Assembly: GCA_016432285.1 (NCBI GenBank)
Contig: CP066682.1
Coordinates: forward strand, 118,434 to 182,433
DNA from: Candidatus Kaiserbacteria bacterium
GTDB lineage: Bacteria > Patescibacteriota > Minisyncoccia > Phycocordibacterales > UBA2100
Direction of reading: 5' to 3'
DNA length: 64,000 nucleotides
The number at the start of each line of letters is the position of its first letter. The first letter of the stretch is position 1. The position numbers were made by a program, and so were the translations under genes. The notes under the pieces were generated by a model. The model had not been told where the DNA came from and did not search any database. It saw only the letters and a list, made by a program, of their open reading frames with translations. Shown here piece by piece: positions 1 to 8,463 of the stretch.

Positions 1-533
1 TCAATGAAGTCGCACGCCCCGTCCGTGTTGGTGACGAAATATGACTCGGTAAGAACTCCGTGCAAAGAGCCATATACCGTCATACCATATCCGTCGTTCT
101 TAATTCCTTTATTGGGTAGATTAAGTGCGTTTACGATAGCCGGATGAATATAGCTTGCAAAGATTTTGTCGTTCTTTTGAGTCACAAAACTTTGAGTGTA
201 ATCCGCCGATGTGTTTGTCGAACCGTTATGGTGAATAGATATAAGCACGGTAGAGCCAGCTGCTTCTGCATTCGCTACTCTATCTTGTCGTGAATCTAAC
301 TGAGCGACTTCGTGATAAGTGCCAACGGGTAAAAGTTTTTCAAGCTCTAATCGAACTGCCCAGTTTACATCCGCTTCTATGACTGGAGTTCCGTTGCAGT
401 CTCCTACCGCACCTGTTTCCCCGTTGCCGTGTCCAGCATCGAGAGCTATGAGTTTTCCGTCAAACGGAGTAGCCGCACTGACTGGAAGTGCCATTGTTAA
501 TACCAGTCCTAGAATCGCTATAGAGTTTTTCAT
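1..533 (-). CDS. N-acetylmuramoyl-L-alanine amidase (Amidase_3), secreted; 3' end runs off the window
   Basis: Not in the ORF track. Manual translation from ATG at 533 gives MKNSIAILGLVLTMALPVSA (signal peptide), then LIALDAGHG, EADVN and LISIHHN, the zinc-amidase motifs. Confidence 0.85.
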   Translation of the reverse strand, partial: MKNSIAILGLVLTMALPVSAATPFDGKLIALDAGHGNGETGAVGDCNGTPVIEADVNWAVRLELEKLLPVGTYHEVAQLDSRQDRVANAEAAGSTVLISIHHNGSTNTSADYTQSFVTQKNDKIFASYIHPAIVNALNLPNKGIKNDGYGMTVYGSLHGVLTESYFVTNTDGACDFI

Positions 534-580
534 ATATTTTTAATAATACTCTTAACTAATAATTCCTCAATTTGCTCAAA

Positions 581-988
581 TCATTCTCTTTGATTTGAGT
601 CGAAAACAACCTTACCCCCGATAATCATTTTTTGTAGAATCCAACTTTCGTTCTCTAGTCTCATAAGCACAGACCAGTCACTTCTAATCATTGCGCCAAA
701 GCTATTTTGCGAATCTACATACGAAATGACCTGATATGAGCCGTTTCCGTCTGTCCCTGCGTGAACAGGCATTATCGGAAACTCAGCGGTGGACGGCGCT
801 TTGAGTCCTCGTAAGACGAACTGTTGTGCTTGAACATGAAGCTCGATTTCATCTGGCACATACGGCTTATTGGTGGGTGGCGAGCTTTCGCCAAAGAAAA
901 CAAAATATCCCCATGTAAGAAAAAGGAGTGGGGCGACCACCAGCATTATGCCTTTTGGTATTGTTCGTTGTTTTGTAAAAACATTCAT
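581..988 (-). CDS. Hypothetical membrane-anchored protein
   Basis: N-terminal TM helix; LKAPSTAEF and VDSQNSFGA motifs recur in small proteins of mobile elements. Confidence 0.7.
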   Translation of the reverse strand: MNVFTKQRTIPKGIMLVVAPLLFLTWGYFVFFGESSPPTNKPYVPDEIELHVQAQQFVLRGLKAPSTAEFPIMPVHAGTDGNGSYQVISYVDSQNSFGAMIRSDWSVLMRLENESWILQKMIIGGKVVFDSNQRE

Positions 989-1024
989 ATATGGAATCAG
1001 CTACCCTCATTTGCATTATATAAC

Positions 1025-1045
1025 AATATAACAAGTAGTTATATT
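1025..1045. promoter_or_regulatory. Putative operator (inverted repeat) between divergent genes
   Basis: AATATAAC-N5-GTTATATT upstream of the XRE gene, with extra TATAAC/GTTATA half-sites nearby. Confidence 0.45.
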
Positions 1046-1071
1046 CCATATAGTTATAGAACATAGATGGT

Positions 1072-1293
1072 ATGAAGAAGACCATTTATGATGATGACTA
1101 CAAAATCTTTGTTAGGAAGCTAAAGAAAGCTCGTAGCGAATCGGGTTTGACTCAGATTCAAGCAGCAAAAAAGCTTGGTTCTACCCAAGCGTATATTTCA
1201 AAAGTAGAGTCTGGTCAGTTGCGAGTCGATGTTTCTCAACTGAAAAAGTTTGCCACCATGTACGGAAAAAGCATCAGCTACTTTTTAAAGTAG
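1072..1293 (+). CDS. XRE-family HTH regulator
   Basis: LKKARSESGLTQIQAAKKLGSTQAYISKVESG is an HTH_3 pattern. Confidence 0.9.
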   Translation: MKKTIYDDDYKIFVRKLKKARSESGLTQIQAAKKLGSTQAYISKVESGQLRVDVSQLKKFATMYGKSISYFLK

Positions 1294-1304
1294 CCTGCTT
1301 TGAT

Positions 1305-1541
1305 TTAGATGTCCTGTAGAAGTTTTGAAATAGAAACACCTATGCCTTTAGCAAGCTTGCTTATTGTAAAAAGAGTCGGATTCTTTTTTCCTTGTTCGAG
1401 ATTGCTTATATAACTTTTATCCGCGCGGATAGATTTCGCAATTTGCATTTGAGACAATCCTGCCTTCAAACGCGCCTTCCTTAGATTCCTTCCGAATCGC
1501 GGGTAAAGATCGTTTCTCATGAAGTTATCCACAGAATACAT
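1305..1541 (-). CDS. XRE-family HTH regulator, probable R-M controller (C) protein
   Basis: FGRNLRKARLKAGLSQ...YISNLEQGKKNPTL; divergent from the methyltransferase genes. Confidence 0.85.
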   Translation of the reverse strand: MYSVDNFMRNDLYPRFGRNLRKARLKAGLSQMQIAKSIRADKSYISNLEQGKKNPTLFTISKLAKGIGVSISKLLQDI

Positions 1542-1562
1542 CGTTACTTTTTAATAAGATAG

Positions 1563-1594
1563 TTGTATTATAGTACAACCAGTGTATAATACAA
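1563..1594. promoter_or_regulatory. Palindromic bidirectional promoter/operator
   Basis: TTGTATTATA-N12-TATAATACAA gives TTGTAT-N16-TATAAT on both strands, between the controller gene and the methylase. Confidence 0.6.
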
Positions 1595-1622
1595 GGGTAA
1601 TGCTAAAATATAACTATCCCTC

Positions 1623-2642
1623 ATGAGATATTACGGCTGTAAAACAAAGCTTTTGGATTATATTTCTGATGTCGTTGCATCTCTTTCTGTAAAAAAAGGG
1701 GCAACTTTTTTTGATATCTTCAGTGGTACTGCTGCAGTCGGGAAACATTTTAAGAGACTGGATTACACGGTCTACTCAAATGACTTTTTAGAGTTTGCAC
1801 ATGCCTTTGCACGTTGCTATATCGAGACAAACTCAAAGCCCAGGTTCGCTAACCTGAAGATTAACGAGGATGTTATTGCGTACTTGAATGAGTTGAAAGG
1901 AAAAGTTGGTTTTATTACAAAGAACTACTCGCCTTATGGAAAAAATGTCCGCCAGTATATTTCCGTGGAGAACGCAAAGAAGGTTGATGTTATAAGGGAA
2001 ACTATTGAATCTTGGAAAAAATCAAAGAAAATATCATCAACGGAGTATTACTACCTTATAACCAGTCTGATAGACGCGATTAATCTGGTAAGCAACGTTA
2101 CTGGAACTTATGCCGCATATTTGAAGACTTGGGACGCTCGTGCTTTGAAGCCAATGAAGCTTTCGCACCCCAAAATAATCCCGAGCATTAGAGAGAACAA
2201 ATCGTTTAATGAAGATGCAAATAAGTTAATCAGTAAATATCGCGTAGATATTTTATATTTAGACCCGCCGTATAACGCCAGACAATTCGCCTCTAATTAT
2301 TTTTTTCTTGAGTTGATAGCAGAGGGATGGTTTAAAAAACAACCTGAGATATATGGCGGTTCGGGAATGCGTCCTTACGAACACCAAAAATCTGATTACT
2401 CGATTTCAAGAAAAGCGGCAGATGCTCTGAACGATTTAGTGATGAAAGCGAAAGCAAAATACATCTTATTGAGCTATAACAATGAGGGCATTATCCCTCA
2501 CGAAAAGATAAGAGAGATACTTAGCAAGCGTGGAAAAGTTAAAGTATTCGAGAAAAGTCATCGAAGATATCGTGCAATCAATCAAGACGGTAGTAATGTT
2601 GTAACGAAAGAGAGCTTGTTTCTAGTTAAAGTCGAAAAATGA
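1623..2642 (+). CDS. D12-class N6-adenine DNA methyltransferase
   Basis: MRYYGCK start, DIFSGTAAVG (motif I) and YLDPPY (motif IV). Confidence 0.93.
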   Translation: MRYYGCKTKLLDYISDVVASLSVKKGATFFDIFSGTAAVGKHFKRLDYTVYSNDFLEFAHAFARCYIETNSKPRFANLKINEDVIAYLNELKGKVGFITKNYSPYGKNVRQYISVENAKKVDVIRETIESWKKSKKISSTEYYYLITSLIDAINLVSNVTGTYAAYLKTWDARALKPMKLSHPKIIPSIRENKSFNEDANKLISKYRVDILYLDPPYNARQFASNYFFLELIAEGWFKKQPEIYGGSGMRPYEHQKSDYSISRKAADALNDLVMKAKAKYILLSYNNEGIIPHEKIREILSKRGKVKVFEKSHRRYRAINQDGSNVVTKESLFLVKVEK

Positions 2643-2643
2643 T

Positions 2644-3447
2644 ATGGCATCAAAAATGAACAACTTGTCGGGAAAAGAGTGGTTGCAAAACTCTTTTACT
2701 ATCTGGAGAGATATCGCAAAAACAAATGGCGAACGAAAACTAAAACACCCAGCGATGTTTCCTTCGCAACTTGCTGAGAAGCTAATCAATATCTACACAA
2801 AAGACCCCGGAGAGGTCATTTTAGACCCATTTTTGGGCATTGGCTCAACTCTATTGGCCGCTTATAGAACTGGTAGAAAAGGAATCGGGATTGAGTTAAA
2901 TAAAGATTATTGCAAGATAGCAAAAACAAGAGCAACTGAATATCAAGGAGAGATTTTTGAAACAAACATAGAAAGATTTGCTCCAGAAGTATATTGCGCA
3001 GATTCACGCAATTTACTGAAGTATGTGAAACCAGAATCAGTAGACTTAGTTGTTACTTCCCCGCCATACTGGGATATTCTCAACATGAAAAGAAGCGCAG
3101 ATTCTAAAGAGATTCGCAACTATTCTGACTCAAAAAAAGATTTAGGAAACATCAACGACTACGAAGCATATTTGCAAGACTTAAAGGCAGTCTTTGAGAA
3201 AGTTTATGTGGCATTAAAACCAAATAAACGATGCTGTTCAGTTGTTATGGATATTCGAAAAAAAGATAAATTCTATCCTTTGCACGAAGACCAGACTAGA
3301 ATAATGAAAGAGATTGGTTTTGAGATTGAAGAGTATGTAATCTGGGATAGACAGAAAGAATACAACAACATGAAAACACTCGGATATCCGTATGTTTTCC
3401 GATTTAACAAGGTACACGAGTTTGTTTGTATCTACTGGAAGCGGTAG
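2644..3447 (+). CDS. N4-cytosine/N6-adenine DNA methyltransferase
   Basis: HPAMFP, DPFLGIGST and TSPPY motifs. Confidence 0.92.
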   Translation: MASKMNNLSGKEWLQNSFTIWRDIAKTNGERKLKHPAMFPSQLAEKLINIYTKDPGEVILDPFLGIGSTLLAAYRTGRKGIGIELNKDYCKIAKTRATEYQGEIFETNIERFAPEVYCADSRNLLKYVKPESVDLVVTSPPYWDILNMKRSADSKEIRNYSDSKKDLGNINDYEAYLQDLKAVFEKVYVALKPNKRCCSVVMDIRKKDKFYPLHEDQTRIMKEIGFEIEEYVIWDRQKEYNNMKTLGYPYVFRFNKVHEFVCIYWKR

Positions 3448-3951
3448 TTAGTTGAGCAGGAAGTCCTTTTTGTTGAAAGGTACAATGGAGTTTTGATTTA
3501 TTGAATCTGATTTCTCATCCCAAGCAAAAATAGTTATTTCTCCACCGCCATTAAGTTGTAGAATTCGTTTTCTAATGTCATCGTCAAGCAATAGTATATT
3601 TACTTCACTTGAAAGTCCTCTGGTAGAAGCAAGAAATACAAGGGTGGATTTTGTAAGACGAGCGTAGCAGTTGATTTCTCCGATTTCTTTCAAACTGAGC
3701 GCAGAGGTCGATCTGTTTAACAACACGACTTCCTTATGCTTAGTCGTTTTGTCTTGGATGATACCAAACACATCTGGCTTGAAGTCCCACGATGAATAAT
3801 TCTGAAGTCCTTTAATATGTTCGTTATTTAGTTTTGCCAGACTTGAAGTTGGAGCTAACACTTCAAGTACTGTATGTGTGGAAGCAAGCTTTCTTTTAAA
3901 AAAACTTTCTAACCACTGTCTCATTTTTTCTGTAAAATCATTTTTTTCCAT
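3448..3951 (-). CDS. Small PD-(D/E)XK-like protein, paralog of the C-terminal domain of the upstream nuclease
   Basis: KPDVFG...LKEIGEINCY aligns by eye with RPDIVG...LKAIGQLLGY. Start placed at MEKNDF. Confidence 0.6.
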   Translation of the reverse strand: MEKNDFTEKMRQWLESFFKRKLASTHTVLEVLAPTSSLAKLNNEHIKGLQNYSSWDFKPDVFGIIQDKTTKHKEVVLLNRSTSALSLKEIGEINCYARLTKSTLVFLASTRGLSSEVNILLLDDDIRKRILQLNGGGEITIFAWDEKSDSINQNSIVPFNKKDFLLN

Positions 3952-3955
3952 ATTT

Positions 3956-5590
3956 TTATATCTCGATAGATTCGAGGGATTTGCCTGTCCAAACTCCAAG
4001 TTTTATACGCTTTCCTTTGGAGTATTCCAGTAAGTCAGGACGTGCTTTTAAAATCATGACAAGTGATGTCGCGATTGGTTTGTTGGAGACAAGTAAAGCT
4101 TCTTCAGGTTGAGCAACAAAACAATATCCTAAGAGTTGCCCGATTGCTTTCAAATCAAGGGGCGTTATTTTGGCTTCAATAAAAGCAATACGGCGCGTTT
4201 TTGTTAAAAAGCCCACGATGTCAGGACGAATTCTGTACTGGTCGCAGTAATCAAAGACTTCGAGCAGGCTTGGGTTTCTATTTTTCAAAAATAGATTTAG
4301 ATTTCCTGCTGACGTATCAAATGTTATTACATCCTCTTCATATTTTTTGGTTAGATACTCATGCAGATAATCCGAAAGTGGCTCGTATAGAGAAGATTCA
4401 AGTACTGATTCTGCATCTTGTTCTTTCCGCAGCTTCTTTTCAGTTGGTTCTGCGCCTTTTGCAAAAGCTTCCTCTTTAAGTTTTGTGCTAATCGCATCTC
4501 TTTCTCTCATAAGAACGTCTATATCCCCATCGCCTTTCGAATCGCCCGTTAATGCAAAGTACTCTAGATTTTTTGAATGTTTCTGTAATTCGCCTAGGAA
4601 TTTGCAACCCATAGCTAGGTTTATTTGCCAGAATGCGTCGAAGTGCTTCCTAGCGGGTTCTGGTATCCGCAAATCCTGTTCTCCCGGATGATATGCTTTG
4701 ATTTTTCCGGTTGTAACTTTGGACGGTGGAAACCAATCATCTTTATCTTTAAAGACTGTGGCGACATTATGATTATGCAACTCATCGAAAAGAGACTGTT
4801 TTGAACTTATCCTGAACTTAAACATTCCATAGTATTCGGGAAAGAACTTTAGTTGATGTTCACGGCTCCAAGTTGTCGGACGAGCATTAAAAAAGTCGGT
4901 AAGATTTGCATCTCTGATGTTGGGATGTCCCCAGTCAATGGTGTGAATAGGGAGTCCGAACTCTGAACGTAAAAAATTATCTATCTCGACAGGCAGGTGC
5001 CAGTTTCGCACTAACTGAAAATATACTCTCATTCTGCCGTGTCCTTTTTCACCGTCACGGTTTAACCAACCGCCAGGAGAAGGAAAACCAGAAGTGTCTA
5101 GCAATCCATTTATAAATTCGATTTTCGATGCTTTCTCTACTTCGTGAATGGCTTTTGGTATATGGAATCTATCAAAACTCGTGTCTGGCACAAAATGTGA
5201 AAGTACCTCATCAAATACTTTTCCATAGTCTTGAAAATCCACGACCAATAAAGTCATGGTTTTGTTGCCTGTTATATCGAACTTCGCGCCTATCTCTTTG
5301 CTGAGAAACGGGATGATTACATTCTTTAATGACTCAACAGCAGATACTGGTTGGTTGTATGTTTTCTTTACTGAAGGGTCAACGGGTTTACCACAAGCAG
5401 GATTTTTGCACTTCAGGCCGTTGCCATTATTGGTTGCCAGCCAACCGCATACGGGACAATGTGCAATACCTTCCGCATATTCGTTGGCATGTGAAAATTC
5501 GATAGCGATTATTTTGCTATCGTGAAATAGGTGTCCTCTCCCTGTTATGAGCCCTAAAAAATAGGAAAATGTGGGTGTAATGGATTTCAT
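3956..5590 (-). CDS. Putative restriction endonuclease: LAGLIDADG-like N-terminus with Zn ribbon plus C-terminal PD-(D/E)XK domain
   Basis: YFLGLITGRG and FINGLLDTSG helices, CPVC...CKNPAC, and RPDIVG...FIEAK...GQLLGY; next to two methylases. Confidence 0.65.
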   Translation of the reverse strand: MKSITPTFSYFLGLITGRGHLFHDSKIIAIEFSHANEYAEGIAHCPVCGWLATNNGNGLKCKNPACGKPVDPSVKKTYNQPVSAVESLKNVIIPFLSKEIGAKFDITGNKTMTLLVVDFQDYGKVFDEVLSHFVPDTSFDRFHIPKAIHEVEKASKIEFINGLLDTSGFPSPGGWLNRDGEKGHGRMRVYFQLVRNWHLPVEIDNFLRSEFGLPIHTIDWGHPNIRDANLTDFFNARPTTWSREHQLKFFPEYYGMFKFRISSKQSLFDELHNHNVATVFKDKDDWFPPSKVTTGKIKAYHPGEQDLRIPEPARKHFDAFWQINLAMGCKFLGELQKHSKNLEYFALTGDSKGDGDIDVLMRERDAISTKLKEEAFAKGAEPTEKKLRKEQDAESVLESSLYEPLSDYLHEYLTKKYEEDVITFDTSAGNLNLFLKNRNPSLLEVFDYCDQYRIRPDIVGFLTKTRRIAFIEAKITPLDLKAIGQLLGYCFVAQPEEALLVSNKPIATSLVMILKARPDLLEYSKGKRIKLGVWTGKSLESIEI

Positions 5591-6058
5591 GCGACATTAG
5601 CCTGTCGCTAAAATCCTCGCATTTTTTAGGGCAAAAGTACAGCCATACTACTATATATTTGTTGTTTTATAAGCCAACCACCATTTTGGTTGGTCTGCAA
5701 AAAATTTCACGAAGAGTATCCGCCTACTTATATGGCACAATGCAGGCCTGTTTTTTTTACTACTTTTTACAAACCGACCACCAATTTGTTCGTACCGCTA
5801 AAACGGTGAAACCTCTCTTTCCAAGCCGACCTCTAGGATGGTCGGTTTGCAAAGATGCCCTTTCCGTAAGGCAGAGCATCATTTTTTATAAAAATCTGCC
5901 TGTGTTGGCACTCGTTTTTGAAGTTCGGCTTGCTCCTGAAGTTTTTGAATGACTCATCCATAGGCCACTTTTACTGGCCTCGCACCAACAAAGTTTCTGC
6001 TTCTGTAAAAAGACTCACTCGCGTGCGTACGCGAAATTATAGCGGTCTATTTGCAGTG

Positions 6059-6682
6059 TCAGCGAGTTTCTACTCGCTTCACCTCGATTGTTCCAAAGTT
6101 GTTCCTATCTCTTCCTGAGTAGTAGTATCCTGCCAATGAATTACTATCGGGGCCATAGGTTAATTTTGCTGAGCCTTCGTGCATAGCCATTGTCTGTGTA
6201 GCATCGTATGACGGTTCATTCCTGAAAAAGTAAAACAGTGCTACTCGGTTATCTATCTCACTTCTACCAAAGTTTTCATGGATGCTAACGGACTTCGATT
6301 TGTTAAAAGTTCCACAGATTTTTATTTTTGTTGCAGTTTGCTCGATTACAAGCTGCGCCTCTATGTCAGTTGCAAAGTTGTCGTAAGAAGATTTTAAACT
6401 GCCGACCCACTTTCCATTTAAATCATCGGCTACAATAATGCCGAGCCGTTTAAAGATTTTCTTTTTCCAAAGAAATCTATCAAACAACACAAAAAGAAAA
6501 GCATACACCGCAGGAATAGACGGTGTTTCAATATAAAAAGGCACGACAATCCCGTATGACTTCAAGGTGTAAGAAATCATATAGACGACTACGGCACTGA
6601 TACCAACTAATATCAAAATGAATGCCGTGAACTGTTTGTAGTTGTTGCCGTCGATGTTCATATAGATGTCCAGTTGTCCCAC
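6059..6682 (-). CDS. cap15: CBASS 2TM beta-barrel effector (Cap15 / SMODS-associated S-2TM-beta)
   Basis: Two N-terminal TM helices, FDRFLWK, DLNGKWVG, IEQT, HEG, L.GYYYSGR..NFG; directly downstream of the CD-NTase. Confidence 0.85.
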   Translation of the reverse strand: MGQLDIYMNIDGNNYKQFTAFILILVGISAVVVYMISYTLKSYGIVVPFYIETPSIPAVYAFLFVLFDRFLWKKKIFKRLGIIVADDLNGKWVGSLKSSYDNFATDIEAQLVIEQTATKIKICGTFNKSKSVSIHENFGRSEIDNRVALFYFFRNEPSYDATQTMAMHEGSAKLTYGPDSNSLAGYYYSGRDRNNFGTIEVKRVETR

Positions 6683-7572
6683 AAGTGAGCCAATGCACTT
6701 AGTGTTTTTGTCGCGTTGTCATGATGCCAGTGAATACCGGAGTTTCCGAAAAGTTCATGCTGTCCGCTTTGGGTGGTAAAATCTTGCTTGTTGTTTTCGA
6801 TGAGATATTTCAGCGTGTTATAGACGGCCGTACTGTCGTTTCCTGCGAAATGTTCGTTTGGCACATTGTAAATCATGCACTGCAAGAAATATGAGGGCGC
6901 GACGTCTTTGTGGAGAAGTCCTTTGTCTACTGCGTATGCTCGTGCATTTTTGATAATACGAACAATCCTTTTAAAAGCATCAGAGGTCGCTTTGTGTTTG
7001 GCGACGCCGTTGGAATAGTGTTGGTCTGGGTAGTTTATAACCTCTGCATTTGTCATTCGGTGATAGAACATAATACCCTCTACTTTGGCGTGATTCGTGT
7101 GGCCTAGAAAGTAAGAATAGTTGCGGTGCGCGATTACTGGCACGATGTCTGCACGCAAACGGCCATTATTTTTTTGCACTTTGATTGATTTGTTTCCCGA
7201 GACATCAACAGAAGCCACACCATAATACTCATTCAATGCTGTAATAATGTCGCGACGTAAATGCGACCAGTCATATGTCGCTACTGGATATGTTTGCTCG
7301 TGAAGCAAGAACTGATTTGTTGGAAGTGAGTACTTGTTCGAGCCAAAGACATTGAGCCGCACGAGCACATCTACATCACTGTCGCCTCTGGTGTTTGTGT
7401 CGTTTGCGTACGACCCCTGCAAATCGACTCGTATATTGCCCGAGGCAATCTTTTCTCGAATCGGTGACTTACTACCAGTCAGCGCGTTCCTGACCGACTG
7501 GTATGTGGTACTAGAAAGGTCTTTTGAACCTTGTTTTGCCCATGTTTCCAATTGGTCAGCGGGTATCGCCAT
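6658..7572 (-). CDS. cdnE: CBASS cGAS/DncV-like nucleotidyltransferase, CdnE type
   Basis: QGSYANDTNTRGDSDVDV, GNKSIKV, ADIVP, INYPDQH and PSYFLQCMIYNVP motifs. Confidence 0.9.
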   Translation of the reverse strand: MAIPADQLETWAKQGSKDLSSTTYQSVRNALTGSKSPIREKIASGNIRVDLQGSYANDTNTRGDSDVDVLVRLNVFGSNKYSLPTNQFLLHEQTYPVATYDWSHLRRDIITALNEYYGVASVDVSGNKSIKVQKNNGRLRADIVPVIAHRNYSYFLGHTNHAKVEGIMFYHRMTNAEVINYPDQHYSNGVAKHKATSDAFKRIVRIIKNARAYAVDKGLLHKDVAPSYFLQCMIYNVPNEHFAGNDSTAVYNTLKYLIENNKQDFTTQSGQHELFGNSGIHWHHDNATKTLSALAHLWDNWTSI

Positions 7573-7573
7573 G

Positions 7574-7783
7574 TTAGTCCAGATTATTTCCCTCTTTCCC
7601 GTCAGGGTTTGAAACAGGTGTTCTCACTCCGTTAACGACACGGACATGATAATTTTCATAGTCGCCACATTCTATTTTTTGCACGAACTGAGTGCGTGTC
7701 ATATTTCTGCCAGTAGCGTTGTCATGAAACTGAAGATTCCGACCTGATTCGCTTTCGTCCGTGACTGTTACTCTTTTTGCCAT
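7574..7783 (-). CDS. Small DUF3892-like protein
   Basis: 69 aa ending in SNPDGKEGNNLD; 1-nt gaps to both lexA and cdnE. Confidence 0.6.
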   Translation of the reverse strand: MAKRVTVTDESESGRNLQFHDNATGRNMTRTQFVQKIECGDYENYHVRVVNGVRTPVSNPDGKEGNNLD

Positions 7784-7784
7784 G

Positions 7785-8414
7785 TTAGTTTAGTGGGTTA
7801 GGTATGCTGTTAATGACTACTCCCTGCACCATGAAATCGCCCTCAAGGATAATCGGCTTATGTGCAGGGTTGCTCGACCGAGGCACGAGTACCACCTTGT
7901 CTCCTTTTCTTTGAAACTCCTTGACGGTGGCGTCATCACCGATGAGGGCAACAACACGCTCTCCGTTGTCTGCAACAGGTTGCTGTCGAACTACGAGCAG
8001 GTCGCCGTCCTTGATTCCACTTTTGTTCATGGAGTCACCCGTAGCTCGGAGCAGAAAATACTGCGCCCCTGGTTTCGCAATTCGCTGAGAAACAGGAACC
8101 CATGCTTCTATGTTTTCTTCCGCTAAGAGCGGTAGCCCGCATGGAACTGAACCGACAAGAGGTATTTCCACTACACGTTCTGTCTCCGTTCTTCCGCCGA
8201 GGTCTTTTAGCAACCGCAAGCTACCCATAGCGGTACGTTCAAGGTAGCCCAGGTCTACGAGTCGTTCGATAAGGAGTGCCGCAGAACGAGAGGAGCCGAA
8301 TCCCATATGCTTCGAAATCTCCCGTAATGTAGGAGATTTACCACGATAAATAATGTAGTCGCGGATATAGAAAAGCCCTTTAAAATCTCGGGGGTTTAAG
8401 CCTTTGGTACTCAT
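7785..8414 (-). CDS. lexA: LexA-family repressor (HTH plus S24 peptidase)
   Basis: SPTLREI HTH, VPCGLP cleavage loop, GDSM (Ser) and ATVK (Lys). Confidence 0.9.
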   Translation of the reverse strand: MSTKGLNPRDFKGLFYIRDYIIYRGKSPTLREISKHMGFGSSRSAALLIERLVDLGYLERTAMGSLRLLKDLGGRTETERVVEIPLVGSVPCGLPLLAEENIEAWVPVSQRIAKPGAQYFLLRATGDSMNKSGIKDGDLLVVRQQPVADNGERVVALIGDDATVKEFQRKGDKVVLVPRSSNPAHKPIILEGDFMVQGVVINSIPNPLN

Positions 8415-8452
8415 GGTACTCAAAGCTTACCATATGCGTTTTTTATTTGCAA
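8405..8452 (-). promoter_or_regulatory. Sigma70-type promoter of the lexA-CBASS operon with a tandem 9-bp repeat
   Basis: Minus strand reads TTGCAA-N17-TAAGCT, then TGAGTACCA twice (8405-8422) across the start codon. Confidence 0.6.
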
Positions 8453-8463
8453 GCCCCCCTCTT

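Noticed and set aside
1525-1533. Perfect DnaA box TTATCCACA
   Set aside because: A single copy in AT-rich island DNA at the start of a regulator gene; chance occurrence is likely.
5659-6118. Two short plus-strand ORFs in the island spacer
   Set aside because: Non-ATG starts, no motifs, and opposite to the flanking operons; the region is better explained as structured non-coding DNA.
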